Translations under genes and position numbers: made by a program | Part shown: in pieces, positions 28,838 to 37,638 of the stretch | Layout: each line of letters begins with the position of its first letter | Numbering within the stretch: the stretch's first letter is position 1 | From: an uncultured Bacteroidota bacterium | Lineage (GTDB): Bacteria; Bacteroidota; Ignavibacteria; UBA10030; UBA6906 | Direction: 5' to 3' | Assembly: GCA_963779225.1 (NCBI GenBank) | Contig: CAVZWW010000003.1 | Coordinates: forward strand, 3,445,504-3,509,503 | DNA length: 64,000 nucleotides | The notes under the pieces: generated by a model | Told to the model about the DNA's origin: nothing | What the model saw: the letters and a program-made list of their open reading frames with translations, nothing else | Database searches by the model: none

Positions 28838-31828
28838 ATGAAGTCGCATACCTCTCTCGCCTTCTTCTGCTTGATACTCCTGTGTACTTCCGGTCAGCTG
28901 GCCATGGCCGGCCTCAATGAAAGCCAGCGCGCAAAACTTCACCCCACGTTTCAAATCCTGGTTGAAGAGTGGCAGCAGGACAGGCTTGCATCGAAAGCTG
29001 ACAGCCAGCACGAGGCGATCATTCTCACCTCCCATCCCGAAGCGTTGACAAATGCCGGGATCATCGTAAACTCTGTGTACAATGGGTTTGTCACCGCCCG
29101 CGTACGAACCGAGCAACTCGAAGTGCTTGCCTCACTCGAAGCCGTCAGGTTCGTGGATCCCGGGTCAACGAACGAACTGCACGCGGAAGTGAGCGTGCAT
29201 GAAACCGGAGCGCCTCTGCTCCATGAGGGTTATGATCATGGAGTCCTCTATAGGGGGGAAGATGTCATCGTCGTGATCTATGACACCGGGATTGACTGGA
29301 AGCATCTCGACTTTCGTTCACTTTCGGACCCGACGCAATCACGGATTCTCGCCATATGGGATCAGACACTCTCCGCCATCGGCAGCGAGGCTCCACCTGC
29401 CGGCTTTGGATATGGCGTTGAGTACACACAAAGCCAGATCAACGACGAGATCGATGGTTCACCTGCAGGATTCGTACGGGAATCCGACATCCATGGTCAC
29501 GGCACCCATGTCGCCGGCAGTGCGGCCGGAAACGGGGGAGCACTGGGGGGCAAGTTCGTCGGAATGGCTCCCGGTGCCGATATTGTTGTGGTCAAAGGAG
29601 GCAATGGATCTTTCGGTGAGTCGGGCATGATCGACGGTCTCACGTACGCGCACAACATCGCCTCGGCCCGTGGCAAGCCCGTTGTTGTCAATTTCAGTAT
29701 CGGTGGGCAGACAGGACCTCATGACGGAACGCGTCCGTATGAGGTGGCAATCGATCAATTCTCAAGCAACAGCGGGCATGCGGTAGTGGTGTCGGCGGGG
29801 AACGACGGAGCCAACTTGATGCATGTTTCCCGGGTCATCAGTGCCGGCGGGACAGAGACGATCACCTTCACCGTGCCATCATATACACCGAAAGCGGGGA
29901 CAGAGAATGATGCGTTCTTGTTTGATCTCTGGTGCAACGGTAACAACGACATCACGGCAACAGTGATTTCACCGAATGGCATCAGCTATACGCGTGGAAC
30001 GGGGCAATCCGGTGAGGGGCCGGTCACGACCGATGGAACAATAACTCTCTACAATGCCATCAGCAGTTACAATGGCCACACCAATGTTCAATCATGGGTG
30101 CATGATAAGACTGCGGATGTGCCGAGCACCGGTGAGTGGACACTCTCGCTGACCAACAATGCCGGGACGTCCGTGACCTGTCACGGTTGGCTCGCGATAA
30201 AAACCGTCGGGAGTTCTACGGTGACCGTGACGGGCGGCAACACCGACCGGACGGTCTCCATGCCGGCCACATCGGCCGCTGCTATTACCGTTGGATCATA
30301 CATGTCAAAATGGGGCTGGCCTTCCTATAACGGTGCGTTCTACACAAGCGGCACTGATCGCACTGACAACATATCCACTTTCAGCAGTATAGGTCCCACC
30401 AGAGATGACCGGCAGAAGCCGGACATTGCGGCACCGGGGCAGTGGATAGCTTCGGCGCTCTCCAGCACGGCCGACACGACAGGAGATTACCCCTATGTTC
30501 AGCCGGGTGAAAAACACTGGATGATGCAGGGAACGAGCATGGCCGCTCCGCATGTCACGGGGGCGGTTGCACTGCTCCTGGGTGCCGGGACGAACCTCAT
30601 GTCGACACAGATCAAGAGTCTCCTTACGACAACAGCCCTCAGTGACGCATACGCTACATCCCTTCCGAATCCGGTTTGGGGATACGGTAAGATGGACATC
30701 TTCAGGGCGCTGATTCATCACAAGTATCCCTCCGCAATCGCTTATCGTACACTTGTTGCCTATGACGGCGTCGGGGCAAGCTCTGTAAACTCGATCACTG
30801 GCTCCAATAAGGCCGGAGTGAAATTCGTTGCCCCGGTAGACGGGCGTCTCACAGCTGTCCGGATCAACGTGACTACCAATGTGACTTCGGCATTCGTTGG
30901 AAGCGGGGATGCAGTGGTGCAAGTCTATGCGGTGAGCGGAGGACTTCCCGGAGCTGCGCTGGGCTCTCCCATCTCGATCCCCTTCGCCCTGCTTTCACGG
31001 GGAACAGTCAACACGATTTCCATGCTTGCGGCCAACATCTCTCTCACTACGGGAACGGAGTATATCGTTACGCTGGCAGTTTCTGTTCCCGGAGACGAGC
31101 TAGGATTGCGGGCTGATGGCCTGGCTTCCCCGCCGACGACATCAATGTGGTTCGATGGTAGTACCTGGAGTCTCTGGTCGACAGGCCACCTGCGCATCCA
31201 GTCGGTCATTACAACCGATGTCGAGCCCCTTCCGGTCCAGCTCGTGGATTTTGGATGTTCGGCTGCGACCCTCGGTGGTGTCACGCTGGAGTGGAGAACA
31301 ATGAGTGAAGTGAACAACTACGGATTCACCGTGCAGCGGAAACTCAAAGAGGAAGCGGTCTACAAGAACGTGGCCGATGGCTTCCTGCCGGGAAAGGGCA
31401 CCACGATCGAGCCTCAGGTTTACAGGTTTACGGACAGGACTGTCAAGGCGGCAGGAACATATGCATATCGACTCGAACAGCAGGATCTGGACGGGACGAT
31501 CTCGTACTCGCAGGATATTGTCGTGGATGTGACGGTGACAGATATCGCCGAAGAAGCACCGAAAGAGTTCAGGTTGATGCAGAACTATCCTAACCCCTTC
31601 AACCCCCGGACCCTCTTAAAGTTTTCCGTCGAGACGAAAGGCCGTGCGCAGCTGGTTGTTTACAATGTACTGGGTGAACAGGTCGCCACGCTTTTCGACG
31701 AGACCGTAGAGGCGGGGCGGTACTATGAGAGCACGTTTTCAGGAGAGAAGCTCCCCTCGGGAGCCTACATTGCTCGATTGACGGCGGGAAGCAGGACGGG
31801 TCTGATAAAGCTTATGCTGGTACGATAG
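28838..31828 (+). CDS. Secreted S8 subtilase with accessory beta-sandwich domains and T9SS sorting domain
   Basis: Triad IYDTGID / HGHGTHVAG / GTSMAAPHV; PVQLVDF...SEVNNYGF domain; [10 protein letters not shown]. Confidence 0.93.
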   Translation: MKSHTSLAFFCLILLCTSGQLAMAGLNESQRAKLHPTFQILVEEWQQDRLASKADSQHEAIILTSHPEALTNAGIIVNSVYNGFVTARVRTEQLEVLASLEAVRFVDPGSTNELHAEVSVHETGAPLLHEGYDHGVLYRGEDVIVVIYDTGIDWKHLDFRSLSDPTQSRILAIWDQTLSAIGSEAPPAGFGYGVEYTQSQINDEIDGSPAGFVRESDIHGHGTHVAGSAAGNGGALGGKFVGMAPGADIVVVKGGNGSFGESGMIDGLTYAHNIASARGKPVVVNFSIGGQTGPHDGTRPYEVAIDQFSSNSGHAVVVSAGNDGANLMHVSRVISAGGTETITFTVPSYTPKAGTENDAFLFDLWCNGNNDITATVISPNGISYTRGTGQSGEGPVTTDGTITLYNAISSYNGHTNVQSWVHDKTADVPSTGEWTLSLTNNAGTSVTCHGWLAIKTVGSSTVTVTGGNTDRTVSMPATSAAAITVGSYMSKWGWPSYNGAFYTSGTDRTDNISTFSSIGPTRDDRQKPDIAAPGQWIASALSSTADTTGDYPYVQPGEKHWMMQGTSMAAPHVTGAVALLLGAGTNLMSTQIKSLLTTTALSDAYATSLPNPVWGYGKMDIFRALIHHKYPSAIAYRTLVAYDGVGASSVNSITGSNKAGVKFVAPVDGRLTAVRINVTTNVTSAFVGSGDAVVQVYAVSGGLPGAALGSPISIPFALLSRGTVNTISMLAANISLTTGTEYIVTLAVSVPGDELGLRADGLASPPTTSMWFDGSTWSLWSTGHLRIQSVITTDVEPLPVQLVDFGCSAATLGGVTLEWRTMSEVNNYGFTVQRKLKEEAVYKNVADGFLPGKGTTIEPQVYRFTDRTVKAAGTYAYRLEQQDLDGTISYSQDIVVDVTVTDIAEEAPKEFRLMQNYPNPFNPRTLLKFSVETKGRAQLVVYNVLGEQVATLFDETVEAGRYYESTFSGEKLPSGAYIARLTAGSRTGLIKLMLVR

Positions 31829-31914
31829 CCATCTGAGGCTGCAGAGGACAAATGACCCAGTAGACGCCCGACTCACTCTGAGCCAGACCCCGGCGCGCGA
31901 GAGGTCCGGGAATC

Positions 31915-32070
31915 AGATATTGACATTATCTCATTGGGATAGCCTTCGACAAACCGGGGGAGAGAGAACCTGCATGAAGAGGCCGGGAACGTTTGTTCTT
32001 GGGTGTAATCCGGAAAAGGTGAAACGGCACGTTGTAGCGTTTGCTGAGGGGTGCCAGCGATTCGCAATAG
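31915..32070 (-). pseudogene. purU: Degenerate internal fragment of purU
   Basis: Nucleotide match to about 36925-37125, e.g. GAAAAGGTGAAACGGCACGTTGTAGCGTT and GGGAGAGAGAACCTGCATG, with an internal deletion; reads RYNVPFHLF and PRFVEGYPN. Confidence 0.75.
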
Positions 32071-32116
32071 GAAATGCCAAGTGGCTTAGAGACTCAGGGT
32101 GAGACTCATCCTGAGA

Positions 32117-32725
32117 CTAAAAATTGTCAACCGCCACTTCCTGCATAACTGGCCGAAGCATGGGGAACGACTGCCTGGACGGCTTTTCGTCCTCGCAGTT
32201 GGGGAACTTCACAACAAGCATTGGATGTATCTGTACAACAGCATCGTCCGGAATATCGCGTTCAACAACAGCGTTTGCGCCAATCTTGACGTTGTTGCCG
32301 ATTTTGATGCGCCCCGCAAGTTTTGCACCGGGAGCGACATAGACATTGTTCCCGATAACAGGAAACCCTTGTTTGGTCCTTGCCCGTGAATACCCGAGAG
32401 TGATATCATGGGTAATAGTGAAACATTCTCCTACAACGACGTCGCCTGCAACAAAGATGCCTCCGTAGTGGATAATCAGGAATCCGGGACCGATTTGTGC
32501 TTCAGGGCCTATATCAATTCCCCAGCATCTACGTACATGAAGGCGGTATATTGATACCAGGGGCTTCAGTAGTATCCTGACAAGTAGGGACCTCTTCCGT
32601 AGCCATTGCCCCACTCGATATGCCACAACAGCGTGAACACCGGGAGTCCGAAGACATTCAAAGATCTTCCTCGTCTTAGAACCTTCCACGTATGAAAGAG
32701 CCCGCTGCAGATCCCGTTTCAACAT
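32117..32725 (-). CDS. Serine O-acetyltransferase-like hexapeptide-repeat acyltransferase (polysaccharide-locus type)
   Basis: YRVGQW, GIDIGPEAQIGPG, HDITLG and PVIGNNVYVAPGAK. Confidence 0.85.
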   Translation of the reverse strand: MLKRDLQRALSYVEGSKTRKIFECLRTPGVHAVVAYRVGQWLRKRSLLVRILLKPLVSIYRLHVRRCWGIDIGPEAQIGPGFLIIHYGGIFVAGDVVVGECFTITHDITLGYSRARTKQGFPVIGNNVYVAPGAKLAGRIKIGNNVKIGANAVVERDIPDDAVVQIHPMLVVKFPNCEDEKPSRQSFPMLRPVMQEVAVDNF

Positions 32726-32906
32726 TAGTGTGCCCCGATGGTTGATCTACTCACATTTCACCCGTAAGATAGCACATCCCGTCAGCGAGGACGTTGATCG
32801 CTGTCACAGGTGACAGGTGATGGCGCGAAGTGTGACGACGTTCACACAGGGAGATCGTACTCCCTCATTGTCCCCTTTGTGTGTAATTGTCGCTAAGTGT
32901 TGGAAC

Positions 32907-32996
32907 GGGTTGGGGTTGGGGTTGGGGTTGGGGTCTGGGTTCGGGTTCGAGTCGGGGTTCGGGTTCGGATCGGGGTTCGAGTCGGGGTTCGGGTTG
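32907..32996 (+). repeat. G-rich hexamer simple repeat (TTGGGG)4 followed by GGGTTC variants
   Basis: GGGTTGGGGTTGGGGTTGGGGTTGGGGTCTGGGTTCGGGTTCGAGTCGGGGTTCGGGTTC... Confidence 0.9.
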
Positions 32997-33071
32997 GTCT
33001 GATCCAATGAAAGGTCTCAAACAAGAGGAACGTGTGTCACCTGTGTGTCCACGAGTGGGTCAGGCTCAGGC

Positions 33072-33908
33072 TCAGGGTGAACTTGTTTTCTGTTTCGCCA
33101 TTGCCAGGGTACGAAGGAGCTCTCTTGCGACTACCCTCCGTCCCTTCTCATTTAAGTGTCCGCCATCATCGGTATACTCTTCGAGCAGAGTGTACACGGT
33201 CTTTCCCTCAAACTCAAAACTCTTTCTCGTCCCGTCACCCCTTGTCGATTCAATCCCCGCAAGATCGAACACCAGAGTCTTCCCGTATTCCTTCATGATC
33301 ATGTCGTTAAATACAGACCGCTTGTACGCTTCAAGGTCCGACTCGTCACTCCGCCCAATAATCTTTTTGATCATGCGTTTCCAGCCCGCGGATCTGGTGG
33401 TCAACGGTACTGTCGTGTGCAGAAATGTCACGGAAGGATGTTCTGTCTTAAGTGCTGAGATCGTTTGCCTGTAGTAGGCAAACATTTCTTCGACATTGGT
33501 TCCCGCGTCGACATCGACATAACAAAACTTTACAAATGCTATATCCAACGAATCGCCAAGCAGGCCGCGGTCGATCACGTCCTTGAAAGCGTCACATTTA
33601 CTGTTCGGCTTGCCATTTTCCCCGATAGATGATTCCGCAAAGAACGGACCGGAGAGTTTTCCTGCTTCCTCCGGGGAAACAAATAGGAGCGCCGGGCTGC
33701 GTGCCTCAACAGCGAGCTCCTTCAAACCCTGTAGAATATTCCTCCCCACCGACTGATGTCCAAAATAGATGCGCATGTTTCCGACAGTCTCAAGATTATG
33801 CTTCAACCGGTCATCCATCACCATGCCTCGCTCGCGATAGTCTGATTGATCTGAACACGAAATGAGAAGTGCACAACTCAGGCAGATTGCCCACAGGTAT
33901 GTTCCCAT
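33072..33908 (-). CDS. Lipoprotein, uncharacterised SGNH-like family
   Basis: Lipobox LISC; YFGHQSVG, FVKFCY, FDLA.IES and DDGGHLN. Confidence 0.7.
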   Translation of the reverse strand: MGTYLWAICLSCALLISCSDQSDYRERGMVMDDRLKHNLETVGNMRIYFGHQSVGRNILQGLKELAVEARSPALLFVSPEEAGKLSGPFFAESSIGENGKPNSKCDAFKDVIDRGLLGDSLDIAFVKFCYVDVDAGTNVEEMFAYYRQTISALKTEHPSVTFLHTTVPLTTRSAGWKRMIKKIIGRSDESDLEAYKRSVFNDMIMKEYGKTLVFDLAGIESTRGDGTRKSFEFEGKTVYTLLEEYTDDGGHLNEKGRRVVARELLRTLAMAKQKTSSP

Positions 33909-34009
33909 CACATCACCCCGCTGTTTCTTCATAACTCATTCATCCCAACATAGAATACAAAGGGTTCAAGTGTGCATTCCGAACATTCCCCTTCCCCCAA
34001 CATCAACGA

Positions 34010-35092
34010 TTACTGCAACAACAAGAGTTTTCGCGTTTGAACGAAGTTACCGGCCTGCAGCCTGTAGAAATACACGCCGCTGGAAAGCCCGCTCCCGTCA
34101 AACCGCAATTCGTGATACCCTGCCCCCTGTTCCCCATTCTGAAGAAGTGCGACCGACTGGCCAAGCAGGTTGAGGATTGTCAGCCGGACAGTTGACCTGT
34201 GGGGCAGGCCATAACGGATCATGGTAGAGGGATTGAACGGATTGGGATAGTTCTGGTCCAGTTGGAAGGCTTCAGGCATTATCGTCCCGGTCCCGGGTGC
34301 GACTACTCCGGTGTGCGTTTCGTAGGCCAGCGCAGCGTCACACACCTGCTGCACCAGCTGAGGAGCCGCCAATGTTGTCGCGTCCGCATTGGGGTGACTG
34401 TCTGATGATCCGCTCGCCAGCTCCAGCGGAAGCATGCCGTCAACGCCGGCGAGAATATGGAAGAAATCAAAAACGAAAATGTTTTTGGGGAACGCCCCGG
34501 CGATAGGGTCGAGACCGGCGGCGAGTGTATCCTTTGCCCAACGGCAGAAGGCATCGGAGAGCGCTGCTTCAGAGGCATTCGTGCTTCCTGCCACCTGAGG
34601 TGCGTTCGTCCATATGATAAAGAAGTTCTCCGGCCGTCCCTTCATAACGGAGATCAACGAACGCCAGTGCCACTTGTAGTTTGTGACACTCTTGATAGAC
34701 GGATTGAGTGAATCCGCGTTCGAGCCTGGACCGGACATATTGGACGAAGGGAAACAGGACTTGATCATGATCACCGGGTAGGCGGCAAGGAACGGCCGGA
34801 TGTCGTTCGAACCATCTTCGTTGTCAAAGATGGTGTGCCAGGTTGCCCATTCGTTGTCATCCGAAGGCCACCAGGTTTCGATCATTTTTATAGAATCGGA
34901 CCCGAGAAGGCCGTGCGAAAGATTGTACCTGGCTATCTCCCCTAAAACCGACACCTGTCCGCCGTTTGGTCCCCAAATGCAGGCGCCCGTTGAATGGTGA
35001 AGGAATATTCCAGAACGATAACGGGTCTGACCGAAAGAAATGGCTGCAATCAGGAAAATAACAACAATTATGGAGGTTCTCTTCAGCCGCAT
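34010..35092 (-). CDS. Secreted uncharacterised (HHSTG, SGNH-like) protein with T9SS sorting domain
   Basis: Signal peptide; IFLHHSTG, MIKSCFP, FDFFHIL and DSHPN; [13 protein letters not shown]. Confidence 0.8.
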   Translation of the reverse strand: MRLKRTSIIVVIFLIAAISFGQTRYRSGIFLHHSTGACIWGPNGGQVSVLGEIARYNLSHGLLGSDSIKMIETWWPSDDNEWATWHTIFDNEDGSNDIRPFLAAYPVIMIKSCFPSSNMSGPGSNADSLNPSIKSVTNYKWHWRSLISVMKGRPENFFIIWTNAPQVAGSTNASEAALSDAFCRWAKDTLAAGLDPIAGAFPKNIFVFDFFHILAGVDGMLPLELASGSSDSHPNADATTLAAPQLVQQVCDAALAYETHTGVVAPGTGTIMPEAFQLDQNYPNPFNPSTMIRYGLPHRSTVRLTILNLLGQSVALLQNGEQGAGYHELRFDGSGLSSGVYFYRLQAGNFVQTRKLLLLQ

Positions 35093-35192
35093 GAGTTTGT
35101 CCTTTCACGATAGCCCATCCCATAAAAGAGTACAATAATCATGCCATTTGATTCAGGAAGGCGGAAACCCGGCGGGGCTTCCAGCATGGAAT

Positions 35193-35228
35193 GAGTAAAG
35201 GCCCGGGGTGCATTCCAGGCCTTTATTC
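35193..35228. terminator. Intergenic hairpin, probable terminator
   Basis: GAGTAAAGGCC...GGCCTTTATTC inverted repeat downstream of the 35260-36222 gene. Confidence 0.55.
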
Positions 35229-35259
35229 ACGTAAGCATATCCCTATTGACCTGCTGAAT

Positions 35260-36222
35260 CTACTTCGCCATGAGCAACTTCTTCGTCTGCACAAAATCCC
35301 CTGCCGTCAGCCGATAGAAGTACACGCCGCTTGACAGCCCGCTCCCATCGAACTTCACCTCATGATACCCCGACTCCCGTTCTCCATTCTGGAGAAGCGC
35401 AACCTGCTCGCCGAGGGTGTTGAAGACCGTCAGGGTCACATGCGAAGGATTGGGGAGGCTATAGCGAATCGTCGTGCTTGGATTGAAAGGGTTTGGGTAG
35501 TTCTGCCCTAGTTCATACGAATGCGCTACCTCCTCGCTCACGCCCGTAACGGACGAGACCCTGACGGCCTCGCTCAAATGGACAGATCCGTCCAGATCCA
35601 CCTGAGCCAGCCGGTAGTAGTTGACACCCGTGGGAGCATCTTCGTCAGTGAACTCGTACTTTTGCGGGATGTTGGTGGTTCCATGCCCGGCCACAAAGCT
35701 GTTCGGGATCGGAGCAAAAGATCCCTCACCCGACACCTGCCGTTCCACCGTGAAACCGTAATTGTTGATCTCGCTTACTGTCTCCCATGTCAGGCGAACT
35801 GCCCGCGGACTGACCTGGAGACCCAAAAATGATGAGAGCTGGATGGGGACTGGATCGGAGACGGTGATGCTGACCGTTCCATAAACGGTCGGCGACTTGT
35901 GGCCGGCATTAACGGTGTAGTCGCCCGGGACCGGTGCGGTGAGAACGAATGGATTAGTGGTGGATGGAGTTTTGGAGGCCACCACGGTACCAGCGGCATT
36001 CACAAGCTCACCCGCCACTTTGCCCGACGTCCCGGAAACCGTCACGGTGACACTCAGCCCCGTGGCATATGCGCTGACGATTCCGGCATTCAGGTTGTGG
36101 CAGCCGCCACCGCCACAGCCGGGCAGGTCACCATTAAACGTCGGTTCTGACGACAGGCGGACCATCACTCCTGCAGTAAGCGCGCCTACACATATAATTC
36201 CTGCAACCGTTCTTCCCTTCAT
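35260..36222 (-). CDS. Secreted T9SS protein with an N-terminal CX4CH motif
   Basis: Signal peptide, LPGCGGGGCHN, PIQLSSF...SEINNYGF domain and [13 protein letters not shown]. Confidence 0.82.
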   Translation of the reverse strand: MKGRTVAGIICVGALTAGVMVRLSSEPTFNGDLPGCGGGGCHNLNAGIVSAYATGLSVTVTVSGTSGKVAGELVNAAGTVVASKTPSTTNPFVLTAPVPGDYTVNAGHKSPTVYGTVSITVSDPVPIQLSSFLGLQVSPRAVRLTWETVSEINNYGFTVERQVSGEGSFAPIPNSFVAGHGTTNIPQKYEFTDEDAPTGVNYYRLAQVDLDGSVHLSEAVRVSSVTGVSEEVAHSYELGQNYPNPFNPSTTIRYSLPNPSHVTLTVFNTLGEQVALLQNGERESGYHEVKFDGSGLSSGVYFYRLTAGDFVQTKKLLMAK

Positions 36223-36445
36223 ATTCTCCTCACCTGGTTGTTGTGGATTTTGATGATGCGTGGCGCACTCCCTCAGGGAATGCCACGAAAACGGACTGAA
36301 CAGAATCCATCCAAATCAAAGAACAGACTTAATACTGCTCTACATCACGTTTCTCCCGAGCGACCTCAATATAGCCTTTTGTAGACCTCTCTACAAGAAC
36401 GTCTCAGCTGAACCCGGTATTCTGCTTGCCCTGCCTTGCCGGGTG

Positions 36446-36544
36446 CTATCGGTCTTCCCCCGCACCCTTCCGCAGGTTCTTTTTTACCGTCTTCTTCACC
36501 GCATTCTCACGCTGCGACACAGGCGACTTCTTCACATCCTCCAT
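36446..36544 (-). other. 32-codon basic ORF resembling the end of the aconitase tail (relic or micropeptide)
   Basis: MEDVKKSPVSQRENAVKKTVKKNLRKGAGEDR* versus aconitase ...[15 protein letters not shown]. Confidence 0.35.
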
Positions 36545-36638
36545 GTGTCAACGTGAGAGGATTCAGCAAGTGCGATGGGACTACCTGCACTTCCTTGAGA
36601 GGCGGAAGGCAGGTTATGACCCGGGGTGCGAAACGATC

Positions 36639-37508
36639 TCAATCAAAAACTATCGTTTTCCTTCCATGAACAAGGACTCGATCTTCCAGATGAAGGCGTA
36701 TCGCCCGGGCCAGCACCAGCCGCTCAAGATCCCTGCCCTTCCGGACAAGATCTTCAAGCGAGTCCCTATGTGTTATGTGGCCGATATCCTGTTCAATGAT
36801 GGGTCCTTCGTCCAGATCCTTTGTCACATAGTGACTGGTAGCTCCAATAATCTTCACGCCCCGTTCATATGCCTGCTTGTAGGGATTGCTCCCGGCGAAC
36901 GCCGGAAGGAAGGAGTGGTGAATATTGATGATCCCGTTGGGATAACTTTCCACGAACCGGGGAGAGAGAACCTGCATGTAGCGGGCCAGGACGATTGTGT
37001 CGATCTCCTCCTTCTTCAGCAAATCGAGCTCCAGCTCCTCCTGCTGCGATTTGTTCTCGGGTGTAATCGGGAAAAGGTGAAACGGCACGTTGTAGCGTTC
37101 GCTGAGGGATTTCAGGGATTCGTGATTCGAAACGACAAGACAGATATCCGCGTTATACTCGCCAAGGCTGTGACGCCAGAGGATTTCGAGCAGGCAATGG
37201 TCGGCTTTCGATACAAATATCGCGAGCCGGTGTTTCTTGTGGTTCAGCCTGATGTTCCAGCGTGCGTCAAATTCCTTCGCAAGCGGCGCGAAAGCATGAG
37301 TGAGGTCGTCCGGCGCAATCGTGAAGCCGGCCATGTCCCAGGCAATCCTCAAGAAGAACTGCCGCTCGTAGGAATCGACATGCTCGTTCAGGTCGATGAT
37401 GTTGCCCCCGCGCTCGAAAACGAAGTGGGCAATCCGGGATACGAGCCCTCTCCGATCCGCGCAGGCCAGCAGCAGCGTTGCAGTCAACCTCTCTTCTGAC
37501 AAATCCAC
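36639..37508 (-). CDS. purU: Formyltetrahydrofolate deformylase
   Basis: N-terminal ACT domain (CADRRGLV), VLARYMQVLS, INIHHSFLPAFAG, GATSHYVT and GPIIEQ. Confidence 0.96.
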   Translation of the reverse strand: MDLSEERLTATLLLACADRRGLVSRIAHFVFERGGNIIDLNEHVDSYERQFFLRIAWDMAGFTIAPDDLTHAFAPLAKEFDARWNIRLNHKKHRLAIFVSKADHCLLEILWRHSLGEYNADICLVVSNHESLKSLSERYNVPFHLFPITPENKSQQEELELDLLKKEEIDTIVLARYMQVLSPRFVESYPNGIINIHHSFLPAFAGSNPYKQAYERGVKIIGATSHYVTKDLDEGPIIEQDIGHITHRDSLEDLVRKGRDLERLVLARAIRLHLEDRVLVHGRKTIVFD

Positions 37509-37638
37509 TCTCCTTGAGTCAACCCCTCTCCGTACAGGAGTCGTTTGGCGCAGCTCCCTCCATGAGGGCCTTCTTGCCCTGGCCGTTTGCGGAACCTTCG
37601 AGCTCCGGCCCTCCTCAGGCTTTCTCGAAAACTCCTTT

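Noticed and set aside
32907-32996. Ciliate telomere or eukaryotic contamination
   Set aside because: Only four perfect units, internal to the contig, grading into other hexamers and flanked by bacterial genes.
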